64,000 nucleotides of DNA from Octopus vulgaris (Eukaryota): the NCBI GenBank assembly GCA_951406725.2, contig OX597830.1, positions 71,734,001 through 71,798,000 of the forward strand, in the 5' to 3' direction. A program made the position numbers and the translations under genes. This document shows positions 56,297 to 64,000 of this stretch, piece by piece. How positions within the stretch are numbered: the stretch's first letter is position 1; every line of letters begins with the position of its first letter. The notes beneath the pieces are model-generated. The model saw only the letters and a program-made list of their open reading frames with translations. It ran no database searches and was not told where the DNA came from.

Positions 56297-56749
56297 TCTA
56301 TACATATAAAGCTGAAGTTGTCTGTGTGTGTGTGTGTGTATGTGTGGCAGGTTTGGTAGCCTTCAACTAACACTATCTCCTCCGAGACCCTACGGCGCAA
56401 GTTGGCCGAAATTGGCAGTATGATAGAAGAAGGCTTGCTCTTCCTTCCGTAGAAGAAAAGATCCAACTCGGATCATATTGAGACCAAAAATTATTTACAT
56501 CAAAAAGGTGCTTTTTTTCTATGAAAATCCCTAATTTTTACGATTTTATGACTGCTGTGTCGCCATATTTCGGTGTATTTCAACCAGAAAATTGTTCACT
56601 TAAAGAGAATAACAAGCTACATAATGCAAAATTTTTACTTTTCAAAAAAGATTGAAAATATGTCAAAACTTTGTTAACGCGAGATCAAAGTCTGCTGTTT
56701 TAAGCGCAACTAAAAAACAAACCCGAGCAACGCCGGGCTATACTGCTAG
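56297..56749 (+). mobile_element. Non-autonomous Helitron, different body but same 3' end
   Basis: A|TC start; CCCGAGCAACGCCGGG hairpin; CTAG|T end. Confidence 0.8.
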
Positions 56750-57109
56750 TCACATATAAATGTGGTAAAGAGCACCGTTACCAAACTGAACAAGCAGATT
56801 TATGGATATATTTACACACAGGATTCCCCCAGCCTCAAAAAATGTGAGAGGTTATAATAAAAATAATGCGGTTGATACCAAAGATATTCAAAGAAATATT
56901 GAACATTTACGGATTAGAGAAGCTATCTTGATCTTTCTTTTCAAATATCTTAATCATTCTACTTGCTCCAGCAAGTAGAATTGAACATTAGCAGTTGAAG
57001 GATATCTGTTATTTTTATCTATGAAGGACAAGATAGTTGGTCAATTATGTAATTGACTGAGGGAATTTTTAATCCGAAATATTGAAATACTAATTAAAAA
57101 GAAATATAA

Positions 57110-57228
57110 CTTAGCCAAGTGTCTTCTGCTACAATTTTGGGTTCAACAAAGATTTGTGAGTGGAATTGGTAGACGGGAACTGAAATAAAGATATCATATG
57201 TAAATATATATATATATATATTTATATA

Positions 57229-57264
<36 letters not shown>

Positions 57265-57485
57265 AATGCGTGTAATATATATGTGTGTGTCTTTGTGCTT
57301 GTGTTTGTCCCATACCACCGCTTGACAAGAGGTGATGGTTTGTTTACGACCGTAACTTAGCGGATCGGGAAAATAGCCAGTAAAATATACATCAGACAAA
57401 CATTAAGGCGTTGATGTTTTTCTACTCTGCAAAGTAGAGTTCCAGCATGGTCGTGGTCTAATGATTGAATATGTTAAAGAACAAA
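57110..57485 (+). mobile_element. Old, 5'-truncated SINE family A
   Basis: Degenerate homology to other copies. Confidence 0.6.
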
Positions 57486-57819
57486 ACAAACACGCACACA
57501 TTTTATAAAAAATATATAATACTAGTGATATAGACAGATAATAACAAAAAATAATGTCGCTTAAATTGTGTTTATAGTTTTGCATATTAATTTTATATGT
57601 ATCGATAAATAATCGGATAACATGGCTTATAAAATTGCTGAACTTTCGTAAAAAAAAACTCCCTTCGCGATTGAATTAGTTTCAATGAAACTACTAGAAA
57701 AAAAAAGAACTGTGAAAATATTCCTTTACACACAAACACGCACGCTCACACACATGCATATAATATGTATACATACATACATACATACATACATGCATAC
57801 ATACACACAGACACACATT

Positions 57820-57899
<80 letters not shown>

Positions 57900-58015
57900 T
57901 ATACATATATATAATCATATATACATCCCTAAATTTAAATGTATGAATCTATCTACCTGTCTATGCGTACATACAGATAAACATACATACATTTATATAT
58001 ATATATATGTGTGTA

Positions 58016-58067
<52 letters not shown>

Positions 58068-58559
58068 TACATATATATATATATGCATATGTATGTATGT
58101 CTTTCAGTAAGTAGCTTTATTTTACACTGTGCTGGGAGAAATATTGAAAAGCATCAAATGAACTATTATAGTTGTTTATTTACGCTTATATTGGTAAAGT
58201 TATTTTGATAAACGCCATTATAGAATGCGACAGCTTAGACACTTATTTGGTTGTTTCAGTTAAACTAACGGTAATAATGTTATGGAACTCTCTTCTTTTA
58301 AAGGAAAAAAAAAGAGACCAAAAACAGCAAAAGAAAAAAAAGAAACGAAAAAGAAATGCAAATAAGTATAATTTTTTTTTTAATGACATCCATATTCTGA
58401 TTAAATTTTAGTAAAAATACAGAATAGGGAAAAATATGTGTGGGAGATTTTCAGTAAACTGTCGCATCCGATATCCGATGTGGCCAATAAAATATGTGAC
58501 CCTTTATTTCTCTTTTAAAATTGTTAATTGTATATATATACATACATACATACATACAT

Positions 58560-58615
<56 letters not shown>

Positions 58616-58704
58616 CTCAGGAATAGAAATTTGTTGAGAATTATATTGGTTTTGCTTTCTCACCATTTCCTCTCGTTTTCTATCTTTCAGTTTATACGTA
58701 TAGA

Positions 58705-58775
<71 letters not shown>

Positions 58776-58947
58776 CATACAATAAATATATATATTTAAA
58801 TATATGCATATATATATACACACATATATATATATATAAATATGAATATACATATCTATTCATACACACACACTCACACACATATATATATACATATATA
58901 TATATATAATTCAGTATGTTCGTTCTTATATGTGTAGGCGGTTATAT

Positions 58948-59759
58948 ATGCACATAATGTTTGGCGTAATTTTCATATCAGTAGCAATTCAACCCTTTAT
59001 GCTTGGATGCGATGTGGTGCCAAGCATAACCGAAAATAACATTGTTTGGTAAACGAGTTCCCGTGGAACCTCGTACATTTTAAACATTCCATGACACATT
59101 TACCATTATGAACAACTTACAAGACAATATACTGTCTGTTATAAACTGAATTTCAGTAATCGATAATCGATTTTGTTATTTCTTTTCTCAAAGAATTTTT
59201 AACAAAAGCGCTGAATATTTATCTCTACGCATCAACACCTCGGATTTATACCCGAAAACAGTAAAAATAAAAACAATACAAAAATCAAAAACCAAAAAAA
59301 CAAAGAAATTGATACAATGGCGTATTTATATATTTATGTGTATATGTGTCTAAGCGCACGTATGTATTATTTATATACTTGCTTATATACTTATGGATAT
59401 GCAAGTACATACATGTGTGTGTGTATGTATATATATATATATATATGTATGTAGGTGTGTGTGTGTATATATATATATGTATATATATATGCAAATACAG
59501 ACACATATGCATATATGTACACATAGGCTTATATCTATCTACGTATGTATTTATATAATCATTTTTGGGTATATATGGATATACATGCATATGTATAATG
59601 GTATGTATACAATCAAACACTAACAATATATTTACGCGCGCGCGAGTATGTATGTGTTTGTGTGCTTGTGTGTGTCTCTGCGAGTGAATGCCAATGTGTG
59701 TGTATGCATATTTATACGTATACATATATATATATATATGCATATATACATATATATAT

Positions 59760-59808
<49 letters not shown>

Positions 59809-59852
59809 TATATATATATGTATATATATGTATATGTATATGTATATGTATA

Positions 59853-59908
<56 letters not shown>

Positions 59909-59909
59909 C

Positions 59910-59981
<72 letters not shown>

Positions 59982-60435
59982 GTATGTATGTATATATGTG
60001 TATAACTATGTTTTTTTTATATGTTTTGATATACGTGTTTGCATGCACGTAGGATAACATCCCAATTGAGTCCATCGCAATGTTTTGAAAGCCAATTCTT
60101 TCTCGACAAACTACAAGAATACAAATTTCTATCAGATTTTTTTTTGCACATTGTTTCCGTTTACCGAAGCATGAGGATGTATAAAGCATCATGACCTGTG
60201 TTATTATACGAAGTAATGGGGTATATATTCTATAAAAATATATGTGAACAACGTTTCTTTATTTCATTTCGTTTATACTTTGTGATGGGTCATCTTATTT
60301 GGTTTATTAGATGTAACTTAATGTCTATATGTGTGCACGCGTGTATGTATTTGTGAGGCATGCATGTGTGTGTGTACGATATATGTATCTATGTGCGTAT
60401 ATAGTTATATGTCTATCTTTATCTATCTATCTATG

Positions 60436-60506
<71 letters not shown>

Positions 60507-60510
60507 ATAT

Positions 60511-60566
<56 letters not shown>

Positions 60567-60624
60567 ATGTATACATTTATATTTATATTTATATATATAT
60601 GTATATATATATCTACCTCCATGG

Positions 60625-60712
<88 letters not shown>

Positions 60713-62426
60713 GTGTGTGTGTATACAAAAGAGCTATGATATATATCAGAATAATAATGAAGCAGATATTGAAGAATAGAGTCAACAAGATTAGGGAGAT
60801 TAAGGATTAATGGGTTCCAACTTTGGACAAACAATAACACTGTTAACAACTGCTCCAGTGTTTATATAGGTTAGGATTCTAGTGTTATAAATCTTGTGAC
60901 CACTGCAGGTCAAACCTATTGAATTTACCAGCAGTTACATCAGTATGGAAGGATCAAAGCAGACATAAGCATGTGTACATATATAACCCTTTTCTTAATG
61001 AAATATTCGGACTGGATTTCAAGACAAAAGAAAACACAATCAGTAGACCTACATGTCTTTCATTAGGATCATCTGACGGCGAAGTCATCTATGGTCTATT
61101 CATTTTATTCATACTAAACTTCCGAATTATTTCACATGCTATCGGATTATAACGGTCTGATGGGTTAGTGTTACACACAAATGTGATGTCCACACACTTG
61201 AAACCGTCAGGAATAAATTCCATGGCGTATTTTTTTTAAATCGTATACGACAGTCATTACTAATTAATTTTACAGATGCATATCTGGACCTAGATTACAA
61301 TGCTCACAAGCCAGTACGTAATGCTAATGATACATTTAGGAACATAAAAGAAAAAACAGTCCTGTTACTCATTACAAATTATTCAACATTTGTGTGAGGA
61401 CCTTTAAACTCTCATCTTCTAAATGATTTTTCACCTGGAAGGACTCCTCTTACACATTGGCATTAGCATATTAACGGCTTCAAAGATAAAAGTGACACAT
61501 AGGATCTTGCTTTAACCATTGTTGTTGTTCCTTCTCTAGTCATTTCTAGCTCATAAGGGCCCATTTCCTAGTTTCATTGGCGTATAGGTTCCCCATCTCG
61601 ACAGGACGCCGGTCCGTCGCAGGTGAGCTGCAAGATCCAGGAGGAAGGAGTGAGAGAAAGTTGTGGTGAAAGAGTCAACAGAAGTTCGCCATTTCCTTCT
61701 GCCGGAGCCGCGAGGAGCTTTTAGGTTTTTCGCACATAAATACGCACATTACCCAATCTGAGACTCGAACCCACGATCCCTCGGCTGCAAGTCCGCTGCT
61801 CTAACCACTAGGCCATGTGCCTCCAGAGCTTTAACTATTACTTACGAGAAATAGTTGCAGAGGGATAATGTATTTCTAGCAATGTTTGATTATATATAGA
61901 TTAACTTACGTTATCCAATTAGAATTCATAATCAGCTGAATCTCTATTGATTAAAGCTAATATTTATAAGTTTTCTAATAATGAATCGAAGTAATTTTAT
62001 CAAGATTAATTAACTGAATAAATAATTAACGCTGAAATTAATTAGCCATGCCAATCTGTAATATACTTAACTTCGAAACAATAGAACTCCGTTAATGGTT
62101 TTTCCTGGAATAAGGTCGGCAGTTTATCGTGTCAAATGTCATAATTATCGCTTACTCTACGCCGGTATACAAGACTTTTCTTCCACTACAAGCCTTACTC
62201 AAAGATGTTGCAAAGTTTAATGATGTCTTTGGAATAGAAATATTTTAACTATTCTTTTATTTAGATCATTTTGCTATCCACATTCGCTTATCGATTGATT
62301 GTTGTCACACCCACTTTACTTTCTTTGATTTTGTTAATCCTGGTTAGATATTTCATTTGTTGATTAATCAACATATTACTGTTCACATGTTTCTTTCTTT
62401 AGCCTGATGAGTTGGGAGTTATGTAA
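58948..62426 (+). CDS. Speculative 5-exon small protein with signal-peptide-like start (exons 58948-59048, 60053-60178, 60909-61093, 61276-61313, 62403-62426)
   Basis: All introns GT-AG with compatible phases (2,2,1,0); no family recognised; exons were picked by eye. Confidence 0.2.
61521..61827 (-). mobile_element. SINE family B with tail type 3
   Basis: Reverse of 51085-51374; TSD GCTTTAAC(C/T)ATT at 61509-61520 and 61828-61839. Confidence 0.85.
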
Positions 62427-62538
62427 CACGTAACTTTATTTTATGGAGACTGTATATCTCATTGCATTATTCTTACGCCGCAATAATGATTCTTAACGAA
62501 GCAACTGTAACAACACCAGATAATCCATTCGTCTGTTT

Positions 62539-62576
<38 letters not shown>

Positions 62577-63603
62577 CAAAACAAAAATCCAATACAAGGA
62601 AAACAGTCTCCTCTATAGGGATGAAATCATCCAGCGTTTCACTGGTTTGGCGGCTTAATACCCCAAAAAGCAGAGAAAATCTTTGCCACAATTCAAATGG
62701 GTATATATTCAATATACGAAAATGAAAAGATAATGGAGATATATGTCGATCGTAAATCTCCATTTTCTTTTTGTTTTTGTATATATATACTACAAGCACA
62801 TATACACATATACATACATGCACACACATATATATGCATAGCTATTTGTGTTTCTTTGTTTGTCCTCTACCATGGCTTGTCAACCAATGTTGGTTTGTTT
62901 ACATATCCGTAACAGAAAGGTTCAATAAAAGAATGAAAGAAACTGATAGAATAAGTACGAGGCTTCTAAAAAATAAAAGTACTGGGATCGATTTGTTTGA
63001 CTAAAAAACCCGGCAATGCTGTTCCCCAGTAAAGCTGCAGTCCAATGGCTGAAGCAAGCATGGGATACAAGTAAAAAATTCAAAGAATATTGAGTTGAGA
63101 ACGCAGAGACAAAAAAAAATGGAAAATTTCGAAAGAAGCGGTAAAGACATGGATTAGAGAGGAATTAAGTGAACTAGATTGACTAGACAATAAACCCTAA
63201 TTACTATAACATTTAGACAATTAGATATCTGCTAATGATTGCAATAAAGACAATTCTTAACTACATCACTCCAGGGATACTATTTGTAATTCTACACGTC
63301 TTCCAGATTTTTTGAACTGACTGCAGAAGAACCTGTGATTCTTGGTAAACGAATAAAAAAAAAAAAATAATAATAATGAAAAAAAGAAAATAGAGTTAAT
63401 GTAATATAATATAGTAGGACCTTACCATTAGGGTCCAACTGTGACTCGTGAAAGTCAAAGCTATAAAACGCTAAAGTGAATTGAAATAATTATTCTCATA
63501 AATCAATTTATCACACTTTCGGATTTATACTCCATTCATCCGTTTATTTCAAGTGATTATTATTATTATTATTATTATTACAATTATTATAATTATTGTT
63601 GTC

Positions 63604-63645
<42 letters not shown>

Positions 63646-63652
63646 ATTATTA

Positions 63653-63693
<41 letters not shown>

Positions 63694-63940
63694 GTTATTA
63701 TTATTATTATTATCATTATTATTATTGGTGTGTTGACATGAAAACAAATATGAAAAACACACAGTTTGTCTGTCTGACTGAACACCTTTTTCTCTCATTT
63801 TATTTCTTTCTCTCTCCTTCTCTCTCTCTCTATCTATCTCCCTCATTCTCTTTGTGTCTCTCTTATTCAAGCATATTCATAACTACAGACACGCATAAAC
63901 ACACGCGCGCACACATGCACATACACTGAGACCCTGATGC

Positions 63941-64000
<60 letters not shown>

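Noticed and set aside
58938-59048. Class B GPCR TM2-like exon (RLYMHIMF...NIVW)
   Set aside because: Resemblance is superficial and no other transmembrane exons were found.

Overview
AT-rich, microsatellite-saturated eukaryotic DNA, probably octopus/cephalopod intronic or intergenic sequence (inferred from the SINE families and repeat load, not from a marker gene). No intact host gene is certain, and nearly all listed ORFs are microsatellite translations. The window is mostly decayed mobile elements: three recurrent tRNA-type SINE families (my labels A, B, C; several with clear target-site duplications), three different Penelope-like (PLE) GIY-YIG remnants, several minimal hammerhead-ribozyme motifs, RTE, R4/Dong and CR1-group LINE fragments, two mariner remnants, a Chapaev3-like end, two hAT-type MITEs, short Helitrons sharing one 3' end, and a ~1.95 kb 33-bp minisatellite. 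Most notable: (i) a PLE 3' end built as GIY-YIG ORF, tRNA-derived Pol III head, microsatellite and hammerhead, with a second TSD-flanked copy of the hammerhead module; (ii) head-to-tail, internally restarted multimers of SINE family C; (iii) tail swapping and a possible 3' transduction in SINE family B; (iv) a low-confidence ETS+YY1 promoter plus a phase-consistent 5-exon model near the right end. Coordinates were read by eye and element ends are approximate.
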